DNA from: Hydrolagus colliei
Lineage: Eukaryota
Length of the DNA: 64,000 bases
NCBI GenBank assembly: GCA_035084275.1
Contig: CM068742.1
Span: 53,878,001 to 53,942,000 of the forward strand
Direction: 5' to 3'
Shown here: in pieces, positions 22,736 to 36,520 of the stretch
Position numbering within the stretch: position 1 is the first letter of the stretch
Layout: every line of letters begins with the position of its first letter
The notes under the pieces: model-generated
Seen by the model: the letters and a program-made list of their open reading frames with translations, nothing else
What the model was told of the DNA's origin: nothing
Databases searched by the model: none
Translations under genes and position numbers: made by a program

Positions 22736-25700
22736 TCTCATATTATTAATAGATATCCTTGTGTGTTTTTTTGTATAAATAGAATTGCATATATAAAATA
22801 TATTGTATGCCAGGCTATTTTCCAATAATCCGTACAAAGTATGTTCATTCCCATTAATACGATGAGTGCCATTTCTTTTTTTATATAAATAGAAATTTTG
22901 TTCTTTCCTAATCTAATACAAATGGTTTGTTCCCTACAAAATATGCCTACTGTGCTCACTCCTTTTATCATGTAATAATCATTCTTTCTTTCTTTAATAT
23001 ATATGGAGCACATTAAGGGGCTAATATTTTATCAGTGTTTCACCATGTCTTCATTGTATTAATACAAGGAGGATTTTATTGAAACACACTAATTCCAACC
23101 CTATAATCTTTATAAAGATTGTGAGTTCTACCTATTCCTGTACATACATTAGCACAGAGTTCCACTTCAGTTGAATTCAATGCGGTGTGAGAGAGGAACC
23201 ATCTTCACTCCAGGTTCAAGGCTCTCAATATTCAACCATGGGTCGATTGCAACCACTATATAAGACTATCCGCAACCATATGTTTAGTCAGAGTGGCGGA
23301 ATTTTCAAAACTTTCCTGCTTCTTATGAATTGTCAATATATAAGAAAGATCTTTAAGACATTTCTACTGAAGTGAAAGTTGCTATATAAATGTAAATTGC
23401 ATTGTATTGGATAGTAATATTTTTCAACCTTTCAAAAACATGATATTTTAAGCAGTGTTAAAAAAAAGCAACATTTTTCTTCAATTTCCTATGAACCTTC
23501 CTTTAGCAAACAAAAGAGAACAACATATTTGTGTCAGTAGTGGATGAAAAAAAAGCTGGTACCATGCTGGTGCTAAAAGTATAAGAGAGAGCTCATCTGC
23601 CTCTTAAACAATCTCTTAATACTCAGTTAGTAAAGCAATAAGGCTTTAAAAACCAGCAAAAACAATTCAGGAGCAGGTACTTGTTGTGCATTTCAAACGT
23701 GCTGGAATTAGCTTTCAAAAACATTCCCTAAACCTTTACAGCTTCTCATACAATATAGAATGGAAGTCTGCTGGCTGATGAGCCCTATCAATCAACATGC
23801 TGAGATTGCTTTGCCTCAATGTTATCAGTATGTACATCTGTTTGCATAACCAAGCAACTTTGCACTTGCATTCAGTGTTGTATTACTATCTGTCATTGTA
23901 AATATTATACAAATCCCCCCTCTCCCCACTACCAACTTTGAACGTTAAAACAACTGTTGTTATATTCATGATATCACTATTTAAACGAACCAGCCAAAAG
24001 ATGCCTAAATCTAAGATCAGTTGTGTTTTACCTGTTCCTACTTATACTCAGTACATGGTCACTGAGTTTCATCTCATTTTCACCGCAGCACCCATTCTGT
24101 AATAAGGAATGTGCAGCTTTACAAGCTCTGCAGTTGTCATTTTATTTGCCATAAAAAGTGTTGAAACCTCATCTATTTACAATCAAGATTTATTGTTATT
24201 GTTGAGAGATTACTGGTTTGTTTATAGTTCCCAAAGATTAAAAATGCATATGAATAAAATGCAGTCTTCTGGCTACTTGTCTGGCCTCTAAAATTGTTCT
24301 GAAGTGATCTGTTGACTGTATGAAAAATTGATACCCATCCACCACTGCACTTTTAATGTCATCACATTTTCTATGATTTAAGAAATAGGAGACAAGATGG
24401 GTGCAAGGCAGAATTGGAGTGATGAGTATTTTTCAGATTGCATTTTCTTTTTATCAGATATAAAATGATTGAATATAATTGTTTCGCGCTTTTATTACTT
24501 ATTCTGACTAAAAGAGTATTAATAACCAGTGCATGGTACTTGTCAAACTAGGATTGCCTTATTTATTCTGTTTGACACGCAACTTTGAAGCGAATATAAA
24601 CCTCAAACCCTACTGACCCAGCCATTTCCTCTATTCATCAACCCTATCCTCCACCGGATCTCTCCCACCATTGGCAGGTGGGCTTTCAGCCTTTCATTCT
24701 CTGGATCTTAAATCTGGAGTCTCTCCAACTCATGACCCCCCCCCCCCCCCTCACCTTGTTCAAGACCCATCTCAAACGTTCAGTCATTTTTTCCCTCCCT
24801 ACCCTCCTTAGCTTCCACCTCCAGATCAGGTGCCAGTACTGTTAAATGCCATAGGAACATTGTGATTATATATATGTAAATTTGTATTTTATCATGTTGT
24901 ACATCCATGTCACAAATGGGCTAGTCAACCATGGTTGTAGTTGCATCTATTGGTAACTAACACTGGCTGACTTCATGAGGCAGTACCGCATGAATCAGCA
25001 CTCAAATGCTATACTTTGCTGCTGGCATTCTAAAATGGGATTTCCTCAATAATATAGAAACTTTCATTGTCAATAGATGCCCAGAAATAAACTTTTCCTA
25101 CAAAATACACTTTACAATATTTTATGTGAAGTTCTTTGAGATGTCTCAAAGGTATAATCAGGTGCTATATCAAATGCAAGGATTATTATTATACATGCAG
25201 ATTGTAACATTTGGGCCATCAATAAATCAGGGAATGAGAGGGATATGTGCAATAATCCTAAAGTAGTAGAAAAATGTAATACATCACAACAATAAGGCTT
25301 GCGTAAACGATGAGATTAATGTCTTTCGTTTCCATCCAGGTATATTTGTTTTTACTTACTATACTTCTTACTCTAGTGTTTACTTTATGTTCAACAAGCT
25401 TAAAAGTTTATTGGTCATGCTAGCTGCTTTACTTTTCCTTTTCCTGTGTTAATTGTGTTGTTTTAAAACCATTTCCATCATCGCCTTAGTCACCATTCAG
25501 GTTGTGTTATTTCTCTCTGGTGCCTCTGATTTTTAAGAGTTTGTGTGATTCGAACCTAGTCTGTTTACATAAGTTCAATGAAACAAAATGTTTCTGATGC
25601 TCCCAATCCATTTCAGTTATTGATAGCTGTAATAGGCACCTACACAGAATGATAACCATTAGGTCACTGTTCATGAAAAGGATACAAAGTCTGTTTAATA

Positions 25701-28124
25701 AACATTTTGACTGACTGCTAATGGACCAGTATAAGTACCTAAATATCTCACTTCCTAGAAGTGCTAGAATGATTGGAATTATGACAGATTACACTTACAT
25801 TAGTACCTTTCATGTGGGAAAAGTCTCAAAAAACTTTGCACAGAGTACGAATCCGAGCAGGATAGAAGATAGTGAGGTAGAAAGCAGACAATCCAAGGTC
25901 GATTCAATAAGATAGGATTTTACACTACTAAACGGGGCCACTCAGCTCATCTACCATATTCTGAGCTTCTCCATTGGAGCAATCTACTTAAATCACAATC
26001 CCCTGCTTTCCAATGCCTTTAGATTGTTTCTCTTCAAATACTTAAAACTCTGGGTGATAGAATTGCTATGTCTGGTGTAGCAGTTATCACTGGCGCTAAT
26101 TATCACATTAGAATCATAGGAATGTGTGGCACAGGAGGCCATTCATCTATCCCATTACCCTGCTTTATACCCATATCCATTCCAACCTCCATTCTTCACA
26201 TCCATTCTAACTTGTGTTGTGAGGTAACGTGCCTCCACCTTCCCCCCACCACCCTCTATTATAATATTTGAGGCTCTAGTTGCCCTCAGTGACTATTGGA
26301 ATTGTTGGCCAGCAGATTGTTGGCCTGCATTCGCAGGAAGCCGTTTGTTTCGTTTGTTGAGGCTGGCAGCCAGATGTTGTCAGGCCGGAAGTCATAACTA
26401 TCACCGGTGATAATTAGCACATCGCATGCCACACTATTCCTGCTGAGATGTTATTGGTATCTCTGCAATACATAAATAATCAAGGACTACAATGGACAAT
26501 TACAGAGACAATAATAACATTTTAGTTTCTGCTTTTCAGCTGTTCCTTTGGACAATAATAAACAACAAGGCATGGGTTTAACATACCAGCAAGTGCTCTG
26601 GTTGAGCGCATGTTAAAATAATATATACTGCATTCCTCAGAGTTTACATTTCCCATTAGTTTACTCAATGTGATATACTTTACTCAATATGAAGCATGTG
26701 TTGTTACTTTGAACTAACAATGCCAACTGATGAAAATTTAAATTCAACATTCCCAGGGAATGAATCAGGAATGCACTGAAATTAAATATTGTTTCAATTA
26801 CAATTTGATCAGCATTTTGCACTGATGTCCAACATTTTCTCTAATTATTAGAATGAACTGTGAGGATAGTATCAGTACCTACCTGACTAATACTTGAAAG
26901 CTGTTCAGGCGGAAGACTTGTGCAAGAGGGAAGCATATTTTTGCCTGAGGTCAGAGAAAATAGATACTGTATAAAAAAATAGAGTGCTTTATGGTCTTCA
27001 AAAGAGACATCTCAGAGGGGATTTTATAGCGGTATGTACAATATTAAATGAGATTAACAAAGTAAACCTGGAAGAATACTTTTGGATGGGCTGATGCAGC
27101 AGATCTGATGATCTCCTTTGTTCTCCTGGAGATGAAGAGAGAAAGGAGAAGAGAGGGATGGTAATCAGGGAAGAGAAAAACATGAGAATCCAGCAGGCAA
27201 TTGGAAACCACAGAACTGTAATGGGGGAGATGAAAATAGGGGGAGTGGGGACAAAGCAAAAGGGAGGCAAAGTTTGGAGAAATAAAGCTAGACATCAAAT
27301 TAGCAGAGTCGAGAGGAACACATTGGAGGAGGGGGAATTAAGAGAGTGAAGGAAGCCGGCAAGAATATAACTGAAGTGTACAGAGCAGTAGTAATGACCC
27401 TTGCATTTTGATATAGAGCCTTATATAAAAGTGGATGTTAAAGAGCCAAGGAGACTATTCGAGAAGAGAAGGGAGTTTCTCCCGATGTTTTGGCCTAATA
27501 ACCCCCCAAAATAAAATTGTTCATTCACTTTATGGCTATATGGGGGACATTGCTGTGAGGAAATTTGGCTGCCATGTATGCCCACAAAACAACTCAGTCA
27601 CTCCATTCCGATTTGCACATATTTCTGCAAGATGCTTTAAGATGTTCTCCCCATGTTAAACATGCTGTATCATATGTAATATAATGTGATATTATTATTA
27701 TAATATCCTTTTATGATCTTAATCACAAAATACACCTTGATATACTCAACTCTGAATCTGGCCTAGGTGCTAATAGAGTAGTTGTTTTGAATTGGGAGTG
27801 AGAAGGGACCTCAAACAGAATTATAACATTTAGATTCAGCAGACTTTTGAGTAGTTGGCATTTGGATCTCTAGAAGCAATGGTCAAATGTATTTTTATTT
27901 GTATCTATATTCACATATCTTTCATCTGATTAAATTAAATAGGAGTAAAGCCTCATTTGAAGAAAGCTGGACATCTTTGAAAAAGGAAATAAAAATTATT
28001 ATCACACAGGCAGTTTGCCACTGAACTTCAAGTCAGACGTAAACACACATTTAATGATTGGCATCAATAATGCATATGGAACAATCTAAATTCCAAGGTA
28101 CAACATAAGACTCTACAATAATCG

Positions 28125-28387
28125 AATCCAGGCAGGTCAGGGTGAAACTTTGGGCAGGTTTCCTTACTCCACATGCCTAATAATAATAAAAAAAACTATA
28201 ATAAATTGGTTATTTCAATCCATGACTGTTTGTGGGACACTTTTGTGTTCAATTGGCTGCCGCGTTTTGCCCACAAATATACAGCCAATTCACATTACAG
28301 TATATTCTGTGAAGCAATTTGAGACGTCTAGAACACGTGAAAAGTGCTATATCAAATGCAAGGATTATTATTATTATTATTATTATT
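28125..28387 (+). mobile_element. 5'-truncated tRNA-derived SINE
   Basis: cagggtgaaactttgggcaggtttccttactcc, body and (att)n tail. Confidence 0.9.
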
Positions 28388-29019
28388 AAGAATGGCCAAA
28401 TTCTATCCATTCAGCCTTATTCAGATTGTGTGGTATGCACAACATTAAGTACTCTATTGAGTTGGGTTCTCAAGTCATCATCATTCAACACATGGACACA
28501 ACAAAGTACAGGTTAATAGGAAGGAGGTCAGCAACCCTCTCAGGAGTTTTTATCTTAGCCAGTCTCTCTGAGCACCAACATTCTCAAAGGTGCCAATCAC
28601 TAGAAATGGCAACTGGTAAAATGGAAATTCTCACAGCAATGTTTCAGCACACACTGTCATCTTTTCTGACAGGGGCTTAACACATGAACATGTTACTTCT
28701 GGCTGAATGGAGAGAGCCACTCTGGGCAGCTTTGCCCTGCTTGACTCTTATCAGGAGCTTGTGTTGGAGCGATCACTTCAGTGGAATTGACTGTGTCAAA
28801 TGGTTATCGGCTTCTGTCTTGTTCATTTGAAGTGAACGTGTGCTTGCCTTAATCTGTGGTGACTGCAGCTTCTATTTTAGGTCGGAACCAGGACTTTAAG
28901 AAGAAAGCTGGAGCATCTGCTTTGTTACTAACAGGACAATTTATCTTTGTTTTATGATAAATGTCAAAACACATGGGATTTGTTTATCAATTTGTTGCTG
29001 AATACGTTCTGCTATTGCA

Positions 29020-29600
29020 GATGTGAGGCTGGAAGGACATGATCTTCCAGAGATAGGACAGTGATAGACACAGGAAAAATTTAATCCTGACAAGGTTACT
29101 ACTCTTTCCATACATTGAAAATCAAACAAGGCAATGGTTGGAATGAACACATATCTTTGCAATCAAAGATTCAGGATTTTCGCTGCTGACACAATCTTGT
29201 CATACATTTCACTTGCTCAATACACCTGACACAATGGTGAATGTTTGCAAGCATTATGTGTTTAACTTGGCCATTTTATGGGCTTTTATCACAACTGGAT
29301 CTCTGAATATCAGTGAATGGATGAAGCCTTTCGGATGCAGTGTGTGCAATCTATCAACAATGAGCCATTCAGCAATGGCAAAGGTTTAAGAGGACTTTGC
29401 TGAAGTGAAGAATGAGATTTCCTAAAACATCACTAGTAGTAAGATTTCATAGAGTATCTACCCACAGATGCTTAAGCCTGTGAGGAAAGAAGACTGAAGC
29501 AGATTTGCCTTTGTAGGTCAGTGACTTATGGAGAGATTGGACTTCTATTTACTTGATGCATAAGACTCTCATTTTGAGTCATTAGTTCAGCCTGAAGTAA
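29020..29600 (+). mobile_element. Fossil hAT (Charlie/Buster-type) transposase fragment
   Basis: Colinear across frameshifts: EGHDL, DKVTTLS, KAMVG (29128-29142), FTCSIH (~29208-29225), FSNGKGL, EVKNEI (29402-29419), RFAFV; compare TxGxDI / DGAxAMxG / HCxxH / WLSxGKVL / ELxxEI / LAFLxD. Confidence 0.55.
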
Positions 29601-31124
29601 CCCACAGCTGTGACAACAGCTGGATCTCATATCTAACTAAAACAGCTGAAATTCCAGTTAATTGTTCTTTGTGAAGATGAATCTAAGCTGGATGAACTGA
29701 AACACTTTCTGTGACTAACAGTGGGTCATAACTCTTCACTATATTATTAATAAATGACAACTAGGGTTTATTTTTTACAATGAGCTAAAAGAAATCTAAC
29801 ATTTGTATTATCCAGATAAAAATCTGTCTCACAGGAAACATATCTGTTTGAACTCTATTCTGAGCCAGCTCTGAACAGGATCTCAACCTTGCAATGTTAT
29901 TTCAAATTTACTAGGTTGAAAAGGTAACATAAATGTACCTCAGATTGGGGGGGAAACTATTTGTAATTATCTTTATGGCCAATAGACATGTTCACATGAA
30001 TCTAGAAAAGTATACATCTTTTTGTTTCACTGCTGTTAATATTTTATGTATATATGTATTATATATATATAAATCCTTTTCTTTCTAAATAATGTATTTG
30101 AATCCACTGAAAGTACTATATACTGTACCTGTTTTTAAGTGCCAGGCTGAATATTTCCACTGCGGATAAAGCCAATGTTTATTGGCTTTAACTAGTAACA
30201 CTCCAGAATTTGTTTTGCAGGAAAACATATTCCTGATGAAAATGACGAGTGGTTCAGACCCACTTACTGTTATGGCAATGTCATGAAGCAGATTTATACG
30301 GCAGGATTTCAAATGATGCCATGGTCTATATGCTTACTTCACAGTAGTCTCTGGCATCTCTTCTCTCAGACCCATCTTGTAATGCTATTGAAAGGAAGAA
30401 TTTCTTTTTTATTTTCCTTTTAAACTGTACTGGGAATTTGTACACAATACAGTGTGAATGAATATTTCTGCATTCTTTCCAGAATCTCTGCTCCTTTCAC
30501 CTTGCTGAATTCCCCTCTTATAGCAAGAATGTGCAGGATTAAAAGAAGGACACATGTGCTTTCCCTCTGACTGAACTCAAAGTTTGAAAAATACCACTTG
30601 ACACTGGGGAAGAAATTCTACTTGAGTCTACATTTACTCTATTTTCTTAACATTTTTAGAATATTCAACATTCGGCAAATTCTAAAGTACAGTCTTCATT
30701 TTGAAGCCATGATTCTATTTTAAGATCCATGCACAAGCAGATTCAAAATTCAGACTGAATTCAATTTGCCAAATTCTGCTTAATCTGAAATGCTAAGAAT
30801 ATACAGTAATTTCGAGATCCAGTGGAATTTCTGTTTTTCTAACCCTTCAATCTCTACTTTTATTTGCCAGAAATCGCTCTTGAATAGGATGATACCGGCC
30901 TATTATACTATGTTCAAAAACTCGGTCTTTAGGAGGGAAAAGTAACATATGTATTTCCAGCTTCATTATGCGCGCACATTATTTCCATGGATTGAATTAT
31001 ATGGTTTTTATTTCATTATTAATTGTCTCCACTGAGTTCCTTGCTGACCTAGAAAGTACTTTATGTTGCAGCACACAGTTCTACATATAAATAAAAAGTT
31101 ATAAATAAATCAGAAGTAAAGAAC

Positions 31125-31540
31125 CCTTAGATTTGGTATAGCACCTTACACATTGGTGGGATGTCTCATCGCGTTTCATGGCATATACTGTAAAGTGTAA
31201 TGAAGGTGTATTTTGTTGGTCAATGTGGCATCAACTTTGCCCACAGTAATGTCCCACAAACAGCCAAGGAATGAATGGTCCATTTTATATGTGAGATTGT
31301 TGGCCAGCACACTACGATAAACTCCCTTCTCTTTTTGAATAGTGGCTAGGATCTCTAACGTCCACTTGGGCAGGCAGACAGGGCCTTATTTTAATGTCTC
31401 ATTTGAAGGGCAGCACCTCCAACAATTTAGCATTCCCCAAGTACAGCAATGAAATGTCAATTTAAACCACACGAGTCCCTAATCCTGACACTGGGCTTGA
31501 ACGTACAACCATTTGACTCAGAAGTAAAAGTGTAGCCCCA
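31125..31540 (-). mobile_element. Near full-length old DeuSINE
   Basis: Reverse Deu core acgtccacttgggcaggcagacagggcc...gcacctccaacaat and head acaaccatttgactcaga. Confidence 0.85.
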
Positions 31541-31811
31541 TGCCACTTCCCTATTAACTCCGCTACTGCCTTCTGAGTCACTATGTTTTGAAGAGCCCCA
31601 CCACGCAAATCATCCATGTAGATTTTTCTCCTCGGTTGCTGGCAGCAGTGTGTTTGATTTTTGGGGATTCCATGACAATCCTGGAGTGGTAGGAAACTAG
31701 TTAGAGATGGCTCAGTGGAACATGGCATTTTAGCCCAAAGCAAAGGATGATTAGGTTTGTAGCACCTTGGCATATCCTCCCAACATGAAGGTACTACACA
31801 ACTGCTATTTA

Positions 31812-32118
31812 GGAGTCCTGCAGCTCAGTGGTTAGAGTACTCGCCTTACAAGCGAGAGACCTGGGTTCAATTCCAGGCAGGGCGAAACCTTGGGCAAGTG
31901 TTCTTATTCCACCTGCCTAATAATAATCCCTAAAAAACCCCATTAATAAATTGGTTCTTTCAATCCACAACTGTTTGTAGGACACTGCTGTGCACAAATG
32001 GCTACCGCGTTTCACCCACAAACATACAGTCAATTCACTTTACAGCATATTCTGTGAAGCGCTTTGAGGCATCCAGAAGACATGAAAAGTGCCATATCAA
32101 ATGCAATGGTTATTATTA
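31812..32118 (+). mobile_element. Full-length young tRNA-derived SINE
   Basis: ggagtcctgcagctcagtggttagagtactcgccttacaagcgagagacctgggttcaattcc, body and tail. Confidence 0.95.
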
Positions 32119-33029
32119 ATTTGTTGTTATCATTTTCAGCATTTGGCCTTACTTTTAACCTTCAAAAGTGCTATATTAGAGTTGAAAGAGTACAAAAATT
32201 GAATAATGTTTCTTAATGTTTAAATACAAAGTGGAGAACTGTAAAACAGTAAAACCTTGATAATTCGACATGCTGAAAGCTGGCAACTCCCTAAAACTGG
32301 CATGATTTCAAAATACTGAACAACAGTATTAGATTTTTGTATACTCTTCTAACTTGCAGTACAATATTACACAAGCTTACATTTATATAGGGTCTATCAC
32401 CTGGGTAACAGGACCCAACGTGCTTAATAGTTTGCCTATCACCAACCCAGATATAGTAATAATATTATCTGTATTGGTGGTAAGCAAACAGTAGACATCA
32501 ATGTCAGATCTAAGACGCTGTTATTTGTTGAAGCCCTTCGCTGTCATAATCAAGGAACCCAGTGCTAAGAAAAGTGCCCCTATTGAATGATCTCTCTATT
32601 CTCTCCGCCTAATGCTCTCCACTTGCACTTTGGGACACCCTTTCCCCCAATAATATAGATGAACACCAGCTTCCAGCTATTAGGAAGTTAAAACTGCTAT
32701 TTCTATCAGTGATTGATTTATTGCTGAGGTTTCCCAAAGTTAAGACTCACAGCAGGATTTGGGAAAGGCTTTATAGCTATTGACGTGTTGGTAAATGGAT
32801 GGGGATCATGTCAATTTTCGAAGATTCTGCTTCGATGGTTGACATACATTCTGTTCACTCAGGAATCCATAGTTATCAATTCTTTTCACACATTTCTTTA
32901 TGACCCCATTATGTTTGCCAGGGATATAAACTGACCCAAGTCCAGTTATTAGCAGGAATCGCTATTGGAGGACACTGCAATATTAAATCCTAATAATTCT
33001 TGCTTTTGATGTCAGGAGAATTTTCCTGA

Positions 33030-33326
33030 TAAGAGAGGGGACCTGGGTTCAATTCCCAGACAGGGCAAAATGTTGGGCAAGTTTCCTTACTCCACATGTC
33101 TCTGTTTACCTAGCAGCAAGTAGGAACCCAGCTGTTGATCGATTGGCAGTTCATTTTTCCAGGTAATAATCCTTTCAAATAAAAAAAATTGGTTACTGAA
33201 TCCACAAATGTTTGTTGAACACAGCTGTGCACAATTGGTTGCTGCATTTCGTTGACAAAATATGCAGTCAATTCACTTTGCAGTATATTCTGTAAAGAGC
33301 TATCAGATGTCAAGGATTATTATTAT
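33030..33326 (+). mobile_element. tRNA-derived SINE, long variant with an extra ~65-bp segment
   Basis: Extra tctctgtttacctagcagcaagtaggaacc...gattggcag after ttccttactccac. Confidence 0.85.
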
Positions 33327-33485
33327 CATGAAAGGATTATTGGGTGGTAGAGGAGGATTCTATCGTAACATTAAGATGGAAATGAATAGGGACATGAAAG
33401 AGAGCCATACCTTTGCTCTATTTCCTGATGGGCTGAATAGCCTCCTTTTGTGCTATAGATTTCTATGATTCTAAATATGGCTTTT

Positions 33486-33589
33486 TCTGCAAAGAGATTG
33501 TCCCCTAGAAAGAAGGATGATAAAACCTGCAGCCACACAGCTTTGAGACAAGCTCTTCACCAGTTTGATCAAATTGCTACAAGCCTTCA
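33486..33589. repeat. 104-bp duplicated segment, copy 1
   Basis: 96/104 identical to 40730-40833, no gaps. Confidence 0.95.
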
Positions 33590-34494
33590 TTTGCCTGGAT
33601 TTCATAGGGCAATATTTATTGATATGATTCTTCTGGTTAGTCTAGCTGGATTGAAAGCAGCAGTCCCCTCTCCAGAGAGCCTCCAGTTCTGCCAAGTGTA
33701 AGATTATCAATGCAGCTGCTTTCTGTAAGATTGTCACATCTTCTTTTGCTGGGTGGGTCAGAATTTTAAAAAATACATACATATTTCTTTCACAGAGGCT
33801 GTTTAACATCGAACCAATCAGTCTTCCATAGGGTAACATATTTCTTCCACCAGGCAAGTGACAGAAATATTGTTCCAAATGTAATTCCATCCTAGTTAAG
33901 TATATCTAATCGCTTTGCCGCTAAACTGGTGTACAATGCAATTGACCTCATTACCCATTGTCTGCACCTTTCAGGGCTAACATGAATTACGCTCATTTCT
34001 GAAAGTTGGCTTTTCAACTTCCTCTTTGGGAATGAATAACCAAGTAGATGTCCATTAAAAATGGACTCAAACAAAGGAAGTTTTTCTGCATGAACCCACA
34101 GAGACCTTGAGCTGGCTTGTTGTTACCTAACTGCTGTTGTACAGTTCCTTTTCATTGACTGGGTCCAACAGTTGTTGTTTTATTACATTATGCTTTTTTT
34201 AAATCATGCTTCTGGTTTCTGGGTCCATTCAAAAACATTGTGTAAATACTAAGCTGATCCACTTGCAACCAGAATCAGTGAGTTACATTCTAGCGCCAGT
34301 GAACTAACAAAAACACAGTAAACAGTGAGCACATCAAATAGCACAAATGTGCCTATCCTTGTAGCTCCAATACTTCACTCTATGATTGTTTTTGTTCTAG
34401 TTCTATAAAATACACAGTCACTACACTTTACAGTAAATCCTGCAATTAAACCCCCACCCAATGTGAAAGGGGAAAATCAAATGTAAGGATTAAA

Positions 34495-34660
34495 ATCAGA
34501 GAATCATAGAATTATACAGCAGAGAAGGTGGCCTTTCAGCCAATCATGTCTGTGAGTGGCACTTTGAAAAGAGCTATCCAAATCAATCCCATTCGCCCCA
34601 TTCCCTTCCCATAGCCCTGCAAACCTGTCCTCCCCAAATAACTATTTGCTTTTCTCTTAA
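34495..34660 (-). mobile_element. CR1 3' end
   Basis: agaatcatagaattatacagcagagaaggtggcctttcagcc is a reverse CR1 tail. Confidence 0.8.
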
Positions 34661-34879
34661 ATGTTATTTTAAGTATTATTAGTATTAGTAATAGTAAAAT
34701 AGTAAATCAGCATTATGTATTTATCTGATTCTCATGGCCTCTGCATTTTCCTCATACCATTTACAAAATGGCTTTTCCTTTTTAGGTTTCATCTCTTCAG
34801 CTGAATGGCTCAAGTAGCAACTTTGACCAAGTGAAAAATATGAATTTAAAAGGAAAGGTATTGTGTATTTCTCACCAAG

Positions 34880-35130
34880 TGATGAGAAATTTCAGGACAG
34901 AAATCAAAATTATGCCTTTATCCAAAAGGTAATGAATATCTAGAATGGGTTACTGGGAACGCTAGTTGAGGTTAGGTTCATTTTCAGATTCATAGGTCAG
35001 ATTCATAGGTCAGATTCATTTTCAGGTTCATAGGTCAGATTCATTTATAAAGAGGTTGGGTTTGCTGGAAGGATGAGATCAGATGGGCCAAAGAGAGTTC
35101 CTCATGTGAACCAATCTTCTGATCTTGTGT
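34880..35130 (+). mobile_element. CR1 3' end containing a short minisatellite (34973-35046)
   Basis: Similar to 10150-10355; about six tcagattcatagg/tcagattcattt units. Confidence 0.7.
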
Positions 35131-35377
35131 AATGTTTAAAATATTTTCTTGGCAAGAGTAATTAGATTAATTAATATTTAATCTCTAGTTTCCCCCTACT
35201 AACACAGCTTGAAAATATCTCACTACATTCTTTATATTTTCAAAGCAGATTTTCTATCACTTCGCATAAATTCTCTATGATGCACACTTCCATTTTCTTG
35301 GTGCTTAGATTACCTGCTCAATCAAGTGGCTCAGTTGATGCCTCTGTATTAAGAGTTATTTGTGAACTCGAGACCTA

Positions 35378-36178
35378 TGAAGTTTAATACAGAGAAGTGT
35401 GAGGTGATACACTTTGGGAGAAGAAATGAGGGGAGGCAATATAGGCTAGATAGCACAATTGAAAGGGTGTGAAAGAACAGAGAGACCTGGGGATTTGTGT
35501 TAGTGACTCTTTGAAAGTGGCAGGACAGGTAGACAAAGCCGTTAAGAAGGCATATGGGACACTAGGCTTTATAAATAGGGATATAGAATACAAAAGTCAG
35601 GAAGTGCTGATTAACCTCTGCAAGACTTTGGTTAGGCCTCAGCTGGAGTACTGTGTACAATTCTGGTCACCACTTCAGGAAGGATATTAAGGCATTGGAA
35701 AGGGTGCAGAGGAGATTTACCAGGATGGTACCATGAATGAGGGACTTCAGCTACAAGGAAAGGCTAGATAGGCTAGGCTTATTCTCTCTAGAACAAAGAA
35801 GATTGAGCGGAGACCTAATAGAGGTTTATAAGCTTATGAGATGTTTCAACAGGGTGAATAGGGAATACTGTTTTCATTGGTGGGCGAATCAGTGACTCGT
35901 GGTCACAGATTTAAAATAGTTTCAAAACGAAGCAGAGGGGAGCTGAGGAGAAATGTTTTCACTCAGCGGTTGTTCGAATCTGGAATGCATTGCCTGAAAA
36001 GGTGGTGGAGGCAGATTCCAAAACAGCTTTTAAAAGGGAACAAGATCTTTATTTAGGAAGAGCAGGTCTGTTAGGTTATGAGGAGAGAGCTGGGCAGTGG
36101 GATTGAGTTGCTCTTTTCAAAGAGCTGGCACAGACTAGATGGGCTGAATGGCCTCCTTTTGTGCAGTAATTCTATATT
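35378..36178 (+). mobile_element. 5'-truncated CR1 LINE (ORF2 C-terminus plus 3' UTR)
   Basis: KFNTEKCEVIHFG...EQRDLG...LVRPQLEYCVQFWSP; tail gatgggctgaatggcctcc. Confidence 0.95.
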
Positions 36179-36284
36179 GGTACTTGAGATCATTGTATAG
36201 GATGACATTCCAGTGCAGAACTGAGATGAGTTTGGGGTGGAAGAGAGGATTGGGAAGATGAAAGAAATCAGGGGGAGAGAGGGA

Positions 36285-36520
36285 GGGGAGGGGAGGGCAG
36301 TGTTGCAATGTTTGAGGTGCCATTGCTTCATTTGAGACATTTAAATAAGGTTCTGCCTGTCCGTTCAGGTGGACATTGAAGAATCTGAGACACTATTTGA
36401 AAAGAGGCTGGCGTTTGTCAGTGCCCTGTCCAACAGTACTACAAATTAGTTATTCATTTACCCTATGATCATTTGTAGGATCTTCCGAATCAAATGGCTG
36501 TTGATGTCTTGCAAAATAAC
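36285..36520 (+). mobile_element. Old DeuSINE fragment
   Basis: gaggtgcc...ctgcctgtccgttcaggtggacattgaag. Confidence 0.7.

Noticed and set aside
34973-35046. Short repeat array
   Set aside because: Ordinary slippage minisatellite within a CR1 3' end
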